A DNA stretch of 34,476 nt from Oscillospiraceae bacterium (GCA_031554075.1 JAVBKJ010000121.1:1-34476); one strand, 5' to 3'; shown: positions 20,159 to 29,632, counted from the stretch's first letter. Numbers and translations are program-made. Notes: generated by a model from the sequence alone, not told the origin.

Positions 20159-22105
20159 TTATTGCCCAACAGGATTTGTTAGCGTAAAGTCAATTCGACC
20201 AGATAGGGGATCACTGCCGACACAGAGTACTGTTACCGCGTCGCCCACTTCGTACTTGCGTCCCGAATTGACACCCTTCATCATCAGCCCTAATTCATCA
20301 ACTTCAAAGAAGTCGCCTTGCAAACTATGCACCGACACAAGCCCTTCTACTGTGGTCGCTAACTCCACATAAAAACCAAAGGTCTGCACGCCCGATATCA
20401 GCCCCTCAAAGGTTTGTCCTATAAACGGCTGCATATATAACGCTTTGTATAGCTTCTCTGCTTGACGCGACGTGGTATCCGCCGCTACTTCACGCGTGCT
20501 CGATTGCAGTGCCGATTCTGCCAATCGCTCGTAAAAAGAAGCAGGCTGTGCTGCTTGACCCAAATAGGCCTTGACACAGCGATGCACCAATAAGTCTGGG
20601 TAACGCCGTATGGGCGATGTAAAGTGACAATAGCACGCGGAGGCGAGCCCAAAGTGACCTGTGTTCTGGATGCTGTACCGTGCTTTCATCAAGCTGCGCA
20701 ATAACGCATTGTGCATGACGCGCTTGCAGGGTAGCCCGTTTGTTTGGTGCAGGATGGATTGCAGTACCCCCGAGGATACCGTTTTCGCCTTTTTGAACGT
20801 TAACCCCTTTGACAGCGCGAGGGCATAAAACGTCTCAAGCTTATCAGGGTTCGGGTCTTGGTGAACACGGTACACACAGCCCGCCTCTGCCCACGTGAGC
20901 AGTGACGCAACCGCTTCATTCGCCGCCAACATAAACGCCTCAATCAGCTTCTCTGAATCGCCGCGTTCACGCGCTTTTAGCTCGACAGGCAACCCTTCAT
21001 GATTACAAATAATCTGGCTTTCCACTGTTTCAATCTCTAACGCACCCTTGCTCGACCGCAGTTTTGTCATGCGCTTGGCTAGGTCGTTCATCTCGGGGAG
21101 AATCGCTGCCACCTCGGCATACTGCACCGCCACTGCCGTATCTCCCGCCAAAATCGCGTTGCAGTCCTTATACGTCATGCGCGCCTTGGAATGTATCACC
21201 GTACACCGCAACTCGCTTTCCAGCGTGCTGCCGTCCTCGTCCAATGTCATAAAGCATGACAAACACAGACGGTCCACGCCGCCATGCAGGGAACAAATGC
21301 CGTTCGATAGTTCCTGTGGTAGCATCGGTACAACTTGGTCGGCAAAATACACAGACGTGCCGCGCGCCCACGCCTCACCATCCAGTGGTGAATCCGTTTG
21401 CACATAGTGCGATACGTCCGCAATATGGACACCAAGCACGCGGCGTCCTTTGTCGTCTGTTGCCAGAGAGATGGCATCATCCAAATCCTTTGCTTCGGCG
21501 CCGTCTATCGTGAATATCAACTGGTCACGCAAATCTAGCCGCCCCACCAAATCTGCTTCACTGACACTGCGGGGCATACTCCGTGCCGCCGCGTTCACGC
21601 GCTGCCCAAACCTGCGACGCACGCCTTGCACATGCAGTATCGCCTCCACCGCCGCACCAAACGTGCCATCGCGTCCTAGCACTGTCGTCACTTCACCAAC
21701 AGGGGGCTTGCGGTCGCCGTAGGACGTCATGCGCAACCCAACCTTGTCCCCATTTTGGTGGTTAGGGCTTAGGCTCACACGCGGTATATCTATTTTTGGT
21801 GGCAGTCGGCGGTCGTCTGGCTCGACCCATGCCGATTTGCGGTGACGCTCTAAACGCCCCGTTACCTCCACATTTGTCCGTTGTAGCACTGTTTCCACGC
21901 GCCCTGTTGGGCCGCGTCCGTCTGGGTCGCCCATGGGCATGACAAGGACACGGTCGCCATGCCATGCACCGCCGTTGTCCTTTGGTGGTATAAACAGGTC
22001 GCGACTGCCATCATCGGGTATAAAAAAGCCAAAGCCCTTTTCCGACGCTGAAAAACGACCCTCTAATAATTTGGGATCGTGTTGATTTTTTCCTTTAAAA
22101 GACAT
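20159..22105 (-). CDS. rnr: Ribonuclease R (RNB family)
   Basis: KGFGF cold-shock domain, TIDGAEAKDLDDAIS, HIADVS, HFTSPIRRYPDL, C-terminal S1; ATG 22105 with TAGGAG SD; downstream of secG. Confidence 0.95.
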   Translation of the reverse strand: MSFKGKNQHDPKLLEGRFSASEKGFGFFIPDDGSRDLFIPPKDNGGAWHGDRVLVMPMGDPDGRGPTGRVETVLQRTNVEVTGRLERHRKSAWVEPDDRRLPPKIDIPRVSLSPNHQNGDKVGLRMTSYGDRKPPVGEVTTVLGRDGTFGAAVEAILHVQGVRRRFGQRVNAAARSMPRSVSEADLVGRLDLRDQLIFTIDGAEAKDLDDAISLATDDKGRRVLGVHIADVSHYVQTDSPLDGEAWARGTSVYFADQVVPMLPQELSNGICSLHGGVDRLCLSCFMTLDEDGSTLESELRCTVIHSKARMTYKDCNAILAGDTAVAVQYAEVAAILPEMNDLAKRMTKLRSSKGALEIETVESQIICNHEGLPVELKARERGDSEKLIEAFMLAANEAVASLLTWAEAGCVYRVHQDPNPDKLETFYALALSKGLTFKKAKTVSSGVLQSILHQTNGLPCKRVMHNALLRSLMKARYSIQNTGHFGLASACYCHFTSPIRRYPDLLVHRCVKAYLGQAAQPASFYERLAESALQSSTREVAADTTSRQAEKLYKALYMQPFIGQTFEGLISGVQTFGFYVELATTVEGLVSVHSLQGDFFEVDELGLMMKGVNSGRKYEVGDAVTVLCVGSDPLSGRIDFTLTNPVGQ

Positions 22106-22158
22106 CTGTCTCAACTCCTATCTGAATCTTTCGTATTAATATATACAGTAGTATAAAT

Positions 22159-22190
22159 AAAAACCTGCCGGCACATACATGCCGACAGGT
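22159..22190 (-). terminator. Terminator after secG
   Basis: Minus strand ACCTGTCGGCA...TGCCGGCAGGT followed by a T-run. Confidence 0.65.
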
Positions 22191-22195
22191 ACGGG

Positions 22196-22447
22196 CTATT
22201 TTATAAGCATAAGCGCCAGTGTTATGAGAATAAACGAAATGGCAATCCACTTGGTCATTTTCGCAAATTTCGCATCCCATGTTCTCGCTTGGTTTTTGCT
22301 CAAAAAGGTATCCGCCACACCAGAAATGGCACCAGACAATCCTGAGCGCTTACCTGATTGCAAAAGTACCACGGCAATCAAGGATATTCCCAACAGCATT
22401 TGCACAATGGAAACCACGAATTTTACAGTTGTTACATCTAAAATCAT
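22196..22447 (-). CDS. secG: Preprotein translocase subunit SecG
   Basis: Two TM helices flanking VLLQSGKRSGLSGAISG; secG-rnr synteny. Confidence 0.93.
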   Translation of the reverse strand: MILDVTTVKFVVSIVQMLLGISLIAVVLLQSGKRSGLSGAISGVADTFLSKNQARTWDAKFAKMTKWIAISFILITLALMLIK

Positions 22448-22480
22448 CTTCTGCGCCTCCTAGTCAAACATACAACTAGG

Positions 22481-22509
22481 AGTATAGCACACATTTTGCA
22501 TTTACGCAA
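22481..22509 (-). promoter_or_regulatory. sigma-A type promoter for secG
   Basis: TTGCGT-17 bp-TATACT on the minus strand. Confidence 0.6.
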
Positions 22510-22627
22510 GTGCCATATACAGTTTTTTGTTGAAAAAAGTTCCTATATGTTGATGAAACCTAACCACAGGGTGTTTGCGATGTCTCTACACACGAAAAAA
22601 CAGATGCCCTTGTCAGCAATCTACGTG

Positions 22628-23596
22628 TTACAGCGTAAAACCACCCTTAGATTTTTGTAAACGCAGGTCAGGGCCAAAAAAGTGTAGTTGCTTAAAGTCG
22701 CCCAACAGTCGCGAACAGATTTGCGGCATGTAGCGGCTTCTTAGCTCCTGTGCTGTTAGGTTAGCATTGATAATCGTTTTGCGCGTGGTAAGCAGGCGTT
22801 GGTTTATCACATCATACATCATAGACTGCACAAACGCTGTTGTCATCTCTGTGCCTAAATCATCAATGATGAGTAGTTCTGCTTCGTAAAACGGGCGTAC
22901 ATCTGTCTCGCCGCGCTCAAAATGCCGCCGTTCCAATTCGGTACACAGCGCAATTGCTGACGTATAGCACACATGCACCTGCTTGGCGGACACTGCGTCT
23001 GCAATACAGGCACACAGAAATGTTTTACCCTGTCCCGTACCGCCATTAAAAAACAAATTCGGCACATCCTTGCCAAATTGCTCTGTCCATTTCTTGCAAA
23101 TCATCAAATTGCCGTACATATTCTCACGTTGCGATAACCCCCACGTCGAGTCAGTGTCGGTGCTAAACAGCTGTTCATTAAACTGACGAAAACTAACGGT
23201 GGCTAACCCGCCCAACTGGGCCTTGCGCGCCTCGCGCAGTTCCACTTCTAGGCATTCACAGGGGCGTGAGTGGATATGACCTGCATCCTTACACAGTGGG
23301 CAATAGGGCAACTCTTGCAGAGCATCGGCGGCAAACCCGTGCTGTTCTAACAGCTTGCCAAGCTTGTCTTGCAACTGTAAGCTACGTGCCGCCTGTTTTT
23401 CCACATCCTGTGCGCCCTCGGGGGTAAACAGCTTGCCCAGTGTCCCTAGCAAAATATGTCTAATCTCCATGGCGATTGCCTGCGCCTGCGGCAATGTTCG
23501 CTCTATGTCAGCCACGGCGGCACTGCGTCGCGCCTGATACGCTGCGCGTTTGCGCTCGAGGGCTTGTCGCGCCTGTCGCTGAAGTTCGACGGTCAT
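22628..23596 (-). CDS. DnaC/DnaI-like AAA+ helicase loader (IstB-like ATP-binding)
   Basis: CPLCKD...CEC Zn motif, GGTGQGKTFL Walker A, LLIIDDLGTE Walker B, RYMPQICSRL; directly downstream of the DnaD-domain gene. Confidence 0.88.
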   Translation of the reverse strand: MTVELQRQARQALERKRAAYQARRSAAVADIERTLPQAQAIAMEIRHILLGTLGKLFTPEGAQDVEKQAARSLQLQDKLGKLLEQHGFAADALQELPYCPLCKDAGHIHSRPCECLEVELREARKAQLGGLATVSFRQFNEQLFSTDTDSTWGLSQRENMYGNLMICKKWTEQFGKDVPNLFFNGGTGQGKTFLCACIADAVSAKQVHVCYTSAIALCTELERRHFERGETDVRPFYEAELLIIDDLGTEMTTAFVQSMMYDVINQRLLTTRKTIINANLTAQELRSRYMPQICSRLLGDFKQLHFFGPDLRLQKSKGGFTL

Positions 23597-23597
23597 T

Positions 23598-24623
23598 TTA
23601 TCCCTCCTGCTCTTGACGCATACGCTTCAAAAATTCTTTCATTTCGTCAACCACCGCTTTTTCGTGCGATCCTGGCTCTTGTGGGGGACGGAAGCTAGGC
23701 TTTTGCGGCTGTGATGTTGGATGATTTATCTGCTGTTGCGGTATCGCTTTGCGCACATCGCCCGTTTCCACTTCTTCGGGTGTTAGGAGTTTTTTATCAT
23801 GCCAGCTTTTGAGGATGGTATCCATGTACTTCCAGCTTAAATTGCCTGTGCGCAGGACGGTTTTATCATACGCAAGCCCTATAAGTTCGGCACTAAGCCC
23901 ATACGACAACCACTCGTTGATATAACGTGCCTCTGTTGGTGAGGGTTCTCTGCCAAAAATGCTTAAAATGCCCATCACCTGTTGGCGCAATGTTTTGCGG
24001 TCTGCCAGCTCGGCAAGGTAGGCTTCGGCGCGCGCTTCGGTGTCTATCCCGTCGCGCTCCCATTGCGCCGCTTCTTTGTCTATTTGTTTAAGTGTGGGGG
24101 GGCGTTCGGGGCCGTAGCGCTGTCTTGCCTCCTCCATGCAATGTGTTACCAATAAGTACATGACGCCGGGGGGCAAGCCGCGCCATTCGTAAATGCTAAA
24201 CAGAATTTGCATATCGCTAGACGAAAGGGAGCGACCTAACAGTGTTTCCGTTTCGCGCACGACATTGCGAAAGTCCACCGTGCCTGTCATGACGTCTGCA
24301 ATTTGTTTTGAGGAGTAGATGGGGCGTTCGTCGCTTACTAGTCCTCTGGGGGCTTCTGGGGCTTGTTGCGGTTGATATGTTTGTTGGGTTTGTTGCTGTG
24401 TTTCTATTACAATCCCTGCTTGTTGCAATCGTTGCAAAGCACGGCGCAGTACTTCGGGCTCTACATTAAGCACACTAACCGCCGTTTCTTCTTTGTAGGG
24501 TTCTTGTATGGATAGCAGGTAGCAAAAAAGCAGGGCGGCATTTCCGTCCTGTAGGGATAGTACTTGATTCAGGACTTGTCGGGTTACCCCAACCGCCTGT
24601 CCTATTTGTAATTCAAACGGCAT
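23598..24623 (-). CDS. DnaD-domain (DnaB_2) replication protein
   Basis: Two DnaB_2-like modules; LSWKYMDTILKSW (YxxxIxxxW motif). Confidence 0.88.
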   Translation of the reverse strand: MPFELQIGQAVGVTRQVLNQVLSLQDGNAALLFCYLLSIQEPYKEETAVSVLNVEPEVLRRALQRLQQAGIVIETQQQTQQTYQPQQAPEAPRGLVSDERPIYSSKQIADVMTGTVDFRNVVRETETLLGRSLSSSDMQILFSIYEWRGLPPGVMYLLVTHCMEEARQRYGPERPPTLKQIDKEAAQWERDGIDTEARAEAYLAELADRKTLRQQVMGILSIFGREPSPTEARYINEWLSYGLSAELIGLAYDKTVLRTGNLSWKYMDTILKSWHDKKLLTPEEVETGDVRKAIPQQQINHPTSQPQKPSFRPPQEPGSHEKAVVDEMKEFLKRMRQEQEG

Positions 24624-24663
24624 CTTATGACGCTCCTTGTTCGCATTTGGGCACTTGGTATTT

Positions 24664-24692
24664 AGTATATACCATTTTGAGCGATTCGTAAA
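24664..24692 (-). promoter_or_regulatory. Possible promoter for the dnaD-like operon
   Basis: TTTACG-17 bp-TATACT on the minus strand. Confidence 0.45.
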
Positions 24693-24824
24693 GAGTGTGC
24701 AGGAGAATTGTCGGAAGGGAAAAGGGGGATACTATGGCTAGTGTTGGGATTGTTTTTTGCATAATGCCCTTTTTGCTTACAGCGTGCCTTTACCACCGCT
24801 GATGGCGAAATTGTTTTTCTTTTG

Positions 24825-24858
24825 CTTACTTTTCTTTTTGTCCAAAAAGAAAAGTAAG
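24825..24858. repeat. Perfect 16-bp-arm palindrome
   Basis: CTTACTTTTCTTTTTG-TC-CAAAAAGAAAAGTAAG. Confidence 0.8.
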
Positions 24859-24887
24859 TTGACAGGGGGGTATGTCTGTGCTATACT
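24859..24887 (+). promoter_or_regulatory. sigma-A promoter of the FMN riboswitch-ribU unit
   Basis: TTGACA-17 bp-TATACT with extended -10 TG. Confidence 0.8.
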
Positions 24888-24892
24888 GCGAT

Positions 24893-25048
24893 TGTATTCT
24901 TCGGGGCAGGGTGTGATTCCCTACCGGCGGTGATGCAACCTTACGGTTGACAAGTCCGCGAGCCTTTGTAGGCAGAACCAGTGTGACTCTGGTACCGACG
25001 GTGACGTGTGATGCTTGGCATCATATTTAGTCCGGATGTGAGGAGATT
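24893..25048 (+). ncRNA. FMN riboswitch (RFN element)
   Basis: TCTTCGGGGCAGGGTGTGATTCCCTACCGGCGGT...AGTCCGCGAG...GTACCGACGGT...AGTCCGGATGTGAGGAGA matches the RFN consensus; upstream of a riboflavin transporter. Confidence 0.96.
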
Positions 25049-25077
25049 TAGGGGGCTTTGCCCTACTTGTCATCTCT

Positions 25078-25109
25078 AGCACCCCGTTTAGTAGACGGGG
25101 TGCTTTTTT
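25078..25109 (+). terminator. Riboswitch expression-platform terminator
   Basis: AGCACCCCGTTTAGTAGACGGGGTGCTTTTTT between aptamer and start codon. Confidence 0.85.
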
Positions 25110-25137
25110 GTCCCGCATTTGAAAGGAAGTTTTTTTC

Positions 25138-25692
25138 ATGAGCCAGAGTAAACACATCAAAATGCTCGTCCGCATTTCGCTACTTGCCGCCCTAGCCACA
25201 ATTCTCATGTTTTTGGAATTGCCACCTTTTTTTCCTGCCGCACCGTTCCTAAAGCTTGACTTTTCAGATGTGCCAGCCGCCATTGCGACCCTAATCGGCG
25301 GGATTCCTGCCGGCGTTAGTGTCCAACTCGTTAAGAACCTCATCAACGCACTGACCACCAAAACGGTTGGGGTAGGGGAATTGGCAAACTTTATCGTTGG
25401 CGTGGCACTCATTTTGCCCTTTGGGCTGTTTCATAAGCTGCCGACACGGCTGTCTCACATACTTCGTATGATTATCGTTGGCTTGCTTGCCACTGTGTCT
25501 ATCATGCTGGCAGGTTGGATTTCCAATCGCTTTGTCATGCTGCCCGTCTACGCCGCCGCATTTCAAACGCCACTTGACATTCTGCTGAAATCCTTGCCCA
25601 TTATTACCCTGTTTAATGCCATAAAGGGGCTGACACTAACCGTACTAATGTGCCTGTTGCCGCCCCGTCTTCTCGCTTGGATGAAAACCTAA
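25138..25692 (+). CDS. ribU: ECF transporter S component, riboflavin-specific (RibU)
   Basis: PFLKLDFSDVPA, KNLIN, GVGELANF, FNAIKG; FMN riboswitch upstream. Confidence 0.92.
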   Translation: MSQSKHIKMLVRISLLAALATILMFLELPPFFPAAPFLKLDFSDVPAAIATLIGGIPAGVSVQLVKNLINALTTKTVGVGELANFIVGVALILPFGLFHKLPTRLSHILRMIIVGLLATVSIMLAGWISNRFVMLPVYAAAFQTPLDILLKSLPIITLFNAIKGLTLTVLMCLLPPRLLAWMKT

Positions 25693-25708
25693 ACGCTAGT
25701 AAACATGG

Positions 25709-27130
25709 TTACGATTCATATCCAATATAGCCCGTGACCTTAAATTTGCGCATCCATGCAAGCTTGCTTTCTTGCAATGGTTGCAAACATGTGTCGTCTA
25801 TTCCTAGCGACGCACAGAGCTGTTGCGCAATGATGATATCATTATACGTTAAATACGGATAGTCAACCATATGCTTGTTATAACTACCCGTATAGTATTG
25901 CGCATACCGTAGATTGCCGCTTGGCAACAGCCACTTTGTCTCTGCCACACCGCGTAACATGCGCTCCGCCAGCAATTTGTACTGGATATCCCCTGTTGCG
26001 CTATACAACTGCAAGAGGAAATTCATGCCGTTAAGATGATGATTCAGCGACACATGTGTTTTCTTGTGCGGCGACACCTGGCTGTAGTCAGAGACTAATA
26101 TACCTTGTCCTGTTCCATAACTCTTTGTATTAATATGGTTCACATAATACGCCGCGTAACGCAAACACGATTCTAAAAACGCTGGGTCACCATACGCTTT
26201 GTACGCACCTAGCAGACTTATCCCAAACCCATTATTAAAGCGGGTGTCGTAAAACCCTGCCCCTATCCCAAAATCACTTTTAAGCCATTGCGAGCGCGGT
26301 GCCGTTTCCCAGAAGCCTAACTGGTTCTGGTTTTCGACGCCGCGTTTCATAATATAGTAGGCAATATGCGACACAGCAGGGCAGGTGCATTGTCTAACAA
26401 ATCCGCCGCCTGCATACGCTTCGGGGTGCAAAAAGTACACATTGCGCCCCCCCGGCACATAGCCATCGAGCGTTTGGTAAAGATAGCCGTCGTAGCTTAA
26501 CCGCATGTTATCCACAAAATTGTTCACCTTGAATAGCGCGTCTGTTGCCGCTGATGTATTGTATAAGGTATGGGCAGACTGCACGCCCCATACCTCGCCT
26601 ATCCGTTTACTGTTTTGCGGAAAGGTGAACGTGATGAAAAACTCTTGCGCCCCTTTTGTGATAACAATGGGTGTTTCTTCGTTGGGACAGGCGGTAAGTA
26701 CGCCTTTTTGTGTTGGTTTTTGATACACCGCCGCAGGCCCTATGACCATCTCGTGTGTCTCAGTTTTGAGAAAAATCACCTCTTTGGGCAAGGTGGTCAC
26801 ACCCGCTTGCGTGATAAATGTGCCGTCTTGTTGCCGATAGTGTGTTTCAAGCGTTGTGCCAGGTATCGAGATAACGGCGGTATACGGGGCATTGCTGTCG
26901 CTTAGAAAATGGTAGCGACGTATCCACAACATGTCGCCATTGGGGAACACCGTGTTGCGCTGTGTTACGGTTGCCAAGGCGTTGCTCGTCGTTGTCTCTG
27001 TTTCGATTGGCAGGCTGGTCGCTGTGCTGACGGTCGGTGTTTGTAGCGGCGGCATCTCTGTCATGCTCGCTATCGGCAGACAGGCAAGCAACAAGCACAC
27101 TGTCAACAAACTGCCATATATTATTTTCAT
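25709..27130 (-). CDS. Secreted hypothetical protein with probable alpha/alpha-toroid C-terminal domain
   Basis: Signal peptide, Thr-rich linker, aromatic-rich helical C-terminal half (GFYDTRFN, HVSLNHHLNGMNFL); family assignment tentative. Confidence 0.7.
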   Translation of the reverse strand: MKIIYGSLLTVCLLLACLPIASMTEMPPLQTPTVSTATSLPIETETTTSNALATVTQRNTVFPNGDMLWIRRYHFLSDSNAPYTAVISIPGTTLETHYRQQDGTFITQAGVTTLPKEVIFLKTETHEMVIGPAAVYQKPTQKGVLTACPNEETPIVITKGAQEFFITFTFPQNSKRIGEVWGVQSAHTLYNTSAATDALFKVNNFVDNMRLSYDGYLYQTLDGYVPGGRNVYFLHPEAYAGGGFVRQCTCPAVSHIAYYIMKRGVENQNQLGFWETAPRSQWLKSDFGIGAGFYDTRFNNGFGISLLGAYKAYGDPAFLESCLRYAAYYVNHINTKSYGTGQGILVSDYSQVSPHKKTHVSLNHHLNGMNFLLQLYSATGDIQYKLLAERMLRGVAETKWLLPSGNLRYAQYYTGSYNKHMVDYPYLTYNDIIIAQQLCASLGIDDTCLQPLQESKLAWMRKFKVTGYIGYES

Positions 27131-27185
27131 ACAGAATCACTCCTCTGTCATATCATGTCCATTTCAGACAATACTACAAATGTCA

Positions 27186-27219
27186 AAAACCCTCAGTTCA
27201 CGACGAAACTGAGGGTTTT
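27186..27219 (-). terminator. Terminator after the DUF4349 gene
   Basis: AAAACCCTCAGTT / AACTGAGGGTTTT stem. Confidence 0.8.
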
Positions 27220-27221
27220 CA

Positions 27222-28220
27222 TTATTCTTCTGGATGATTATCGCTATTTGGGGTCACAAGAGGTGCTACAGGCGGTTGGGGCGTTGGCGCGCTAGGCGAC
27301 ATTGGCTTCTTTTTGCCATTCACAAGCCTGAGTGTCAACAGTACAATCCCTGTAATCACAGCACCCCACAACAATAAGTATAAAATATTACCAGCCACCA
27401 AGACAAAGAACGTGACAAAGAACGTACCTAACGTTTCTAGTGACGTCTGGAATTGTGCGCTGATGCGCTCGCCCACTGTTTTAGGCGGAACGACAACAGG
27501 GTCGACATCTTGATACACCACGACTTCTTGCAAGGTGACTTCTATTTTAGCGTAACTTACCAAGTCGTTCATGCGCTGTAATGTGCCTGTCATGCGGTCT
27601 ATTTCGTATAAAGTGTCTGTTAATGAATTTTCAAAGTCCACAATCGCTTTGCTGTCCGTGGTCTTTTCTAACAATTCTACCAGTCTATCGCGCCGCATTT
27701 CTAAAACTTGCAGGCGTGTTTGCGTATCGTAATAACTGCTTGTTATATCCTCTGTACCCTCTTGACGCTGTGTAACATTGCCAATGTCGCCCACAGAGCG
27801 TAGAAACCCTTCATAACTGGATGTGGGAACGCGAAATAGATACGTTGCTGTACGCATCTCATTTTGTGACGCATTCAGTGACCTGCCCTCTGTTGTTGCA
27901 CCTTCTATGTAGCCGCCTTTTTCGTTGCACAACGCTTCTATGGCGGTCACGCTATTGTTAAAATCGGTTGTTTCTATCCAAAGACTAGCGGTGTGGACTA
28001 ACTTACGGTTGGGGTCTGTCACTGTTATCTGGCTTGTCGCTTGCCCTTCGGCACCCTCTACCGTTATGCCATTGCCATCAGGGGGGACTACCGTCGTTTC
28101 GGCAGTGGGTGTTTCCTGTGGCGTTTCCATGTCTGCTTCATAGCTGCTAGAGGATGACGGTCGCGCGCTACAACCAGTAAATAGGAGTAAGAGTACAAGT
28201 AACCATGCAAATCGTTTCAT
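27222..28220 (-). CDS. DUF4349-family lipoprotein
   Basis: Lipobox LLFTGC; RKLVHTASLWIET, GGYIE, FRVP, EDITSSYYD, coiled coil, C-terminal TM. Confidence 0.85.
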   Translation of the reverse strand: MKRFAWLLVLLLLFTGCSARPSSSSSYEADMETPQETPTAETTVVPPDGNGITVEGAEGQATSQITVTDPNRKLVHTASLWIETTDFNNSVTAIEALCNEKGGYIEGATTEGRSLNASQNEMRTATYLFRVPTSSYEGFLRSVGDIGNVTQRQEGTEDITSSYYDTQTRLQVLEMRRDRLVELLEKTTDSKAIVDFENSLTDTLYEIDRMTGTLQRMNDLVSYAKIEVTLQEVVVYQDVDPVVVPPKTVGERISAQFQTSLETLGTFFVTFFVLVAGNILYLLLWGAVITGIVLLTLRLVNGKKKPMSPSAPTPQPPVAPLVTPNSDNHPEE

Positions 28221-28239
28221 ACAAATATACCCTCCTTTG

Positions 28240-28986
28240 CTACTTTGACGTCATGTTTGGCATCTTGTTCCATGTTTCTACCAATTTTTTCTCCTTTGGT
28301 GTGAGGGGGGCTGTTGCCATCATGTCTGGGCGGCGTTCCCATGTCCGCCTTAGTGCTTGCTCGCGCTGCCATGCCAAAATTTTCGCGTGGTCGCCTGAGG
28401 TTAGCACCTCTGGCACAGTGCGTCCCTCCCACACAGCAGGACGTGTAAACTGCGGATACTCCAACACGCCGCTCCAATGGCTTTCTTGCTCAAAACTGCT
28501 TTCGTCTGCTAACACCCCTGGTATCAGCCGCCCCACAGCGTCACAAACCGCCATCGCGGCGATCTCGCCACCAGTCATCACAAAGTCACCCAGCGATATT
28601 TCTCTGTCTACACAGCTATCAATAAACCGTTGGTCTACGCCCTCGTATCGTCCACACACTAAAATGAGATGTGGCAGCTGCGAAAGTTCACGCGCCAAAT
28701 CCTGTGTTAACGTTTCCCCCGAGGGTGACATGTAAAGCACAACACCTTGCCCGTGTGTTTGTTGCACATGTGTTAGGCAACGATAGAGCGGGTCTGCCTG
28801 CATCACCATGCCCAAACCGCCGCCATAGGGATAATCGTCCACTTGTTTTTGTTTGTTGGTTGTAAAATCGCGAATCTGGTGCGCCTCTATTTGCATATGA
28901 CCCCTTGTAATACCACGCCCTAATATACTCGTTGTAATCATCGGGGTCACTTGCTCGGGAAACAGCGTCAGTATATCAAACCGCAT
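28240..28986 (-). CDS. trmD: tRNA (guanine-N1)-methyltransferase
   Basis: [43 protein letters not shown]. Confidence 0.98.
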   Translation of the reverse strand: MRFDILTLFPEQVTPMITTSILGRGITRGHMQIEAHQIRDFTTNKQKQVDDYPYGGGLGMVMQADPLYRCLTHVQQTHGQGVVLYMSPSGETLTQDLARELSQLPHLILVCGRYEGVDQRFIDSCVDREISLGDFVMTGGEIAAMAVCDAVGRLIPGVLADESSFEQESHWSGVLEYPQFTRPAVWEGRTVPEVLTSGDHAKILAWQREQALRRTWERRPDMMATAPLTPKEKKLVETWNKMPNMTSK

Positions 28987-28989
28987 TGA

Positions 28990-29484
28990 CTACAACCCCT
29001 CGATGAGTGCTACCTGCATACGGCGCGCCGCCATGTCAATGTCCTTAATAAAGGCAGGCACAGCAGGAATCATCACTTCGCGCTCGCCACGGACAACGTA
29101 CACATCATGCGCTGGCAAAAATAGCACTTCTGCTAGGGTACCAACGGTTTGCGCTTGCTCATCTACCACCGTTAGCCCTATTAAATCCGCCGCAAAGTAG
29201 CGACCTTCGGGCAGTTTGACACTGCTTACGTCCGCTTTCACGACGCGCCCTTTCATGGCTTGCGCCGCCTCGACGGTGTTCACGCCCTCGAGCCTGACGA
29301 TTGCCAAGTGCTTATGCGGGCGAATGCTAACGACTGTGTACTGGGCTTGTCCCACCTGTAGCGTCTTGAACTGCTGTAAAAACTCGGGGCTATCACACCA
29401 ACATTCAAATTTCAGCTCGCCTGTTATCCCATGTGTGTTCGCCACACGACCAACATCTACAATTCTTTCCATCTTTAGCACCAT
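28990..29484 (-). CDS. rimM: Ribosome maturation factor RimM
   Basis: VGRVANTHGITGE, DLIGLTV, HDVYVV, IPAVPAFI; start 29484 or 29472. Confidence 0.95.
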   Translation of the reverse strand: MVLKMERIVDVGRVANTHGITGELKFECWCDSPEFLQQFKTLQVGQAQYTVVSIRPHKHLAIVRLEGVNTVEAAQAMKGRVVKADVSSVKLPEGRYFAADLIGLTVVDEQAQTVGTLAEVLFLPAHDVYVVRGEREVMIPAVPAFIKDIDMAARRMQVALIEGL

Positions 29485-29576
29485 TTCTCCGACGACACAT
29501 CAAAAAATATACAACTTAGCTTTTCGTCGGAGAAATGGTAAGTTGCTTGTACTATTCATACTGCTATCTAAATAAT

Positions 29577-29621
29577 AAAAAACGGACGACCTTCGCGCCC
29601 CGAGGGTCGCATGGCTCGTCC
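29577..29621 (-). terminator. Terminator/attenuator between khpA and rimM
   Basis: Minus strand CGGACGA...TCGTCCG followed by TTTTTT. Confidence 0.6.
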
Positions 29622-29632
29622 GCTATCAATCG

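Noticed and set aside
20004-20372. 122-aa + strand ORF and the many other short antisense ORFs within core genes
   Set aside because: Shadow frames of well-supported genes on the opposite strand or in another frame
22628-23596. IS21 IstB helper or prophage replication gene
   Set aside because: No istA or phage genes nearby; N-terminal coiled coil plus Zn motif and the DnaD partner fit the host loader
26508-26516. Perfect DnaA box TTATCCACA inside the secreted-protein gene
   Set aside because: Single site in coding sequence (FVDN codons on the minus strand); compatible with chance
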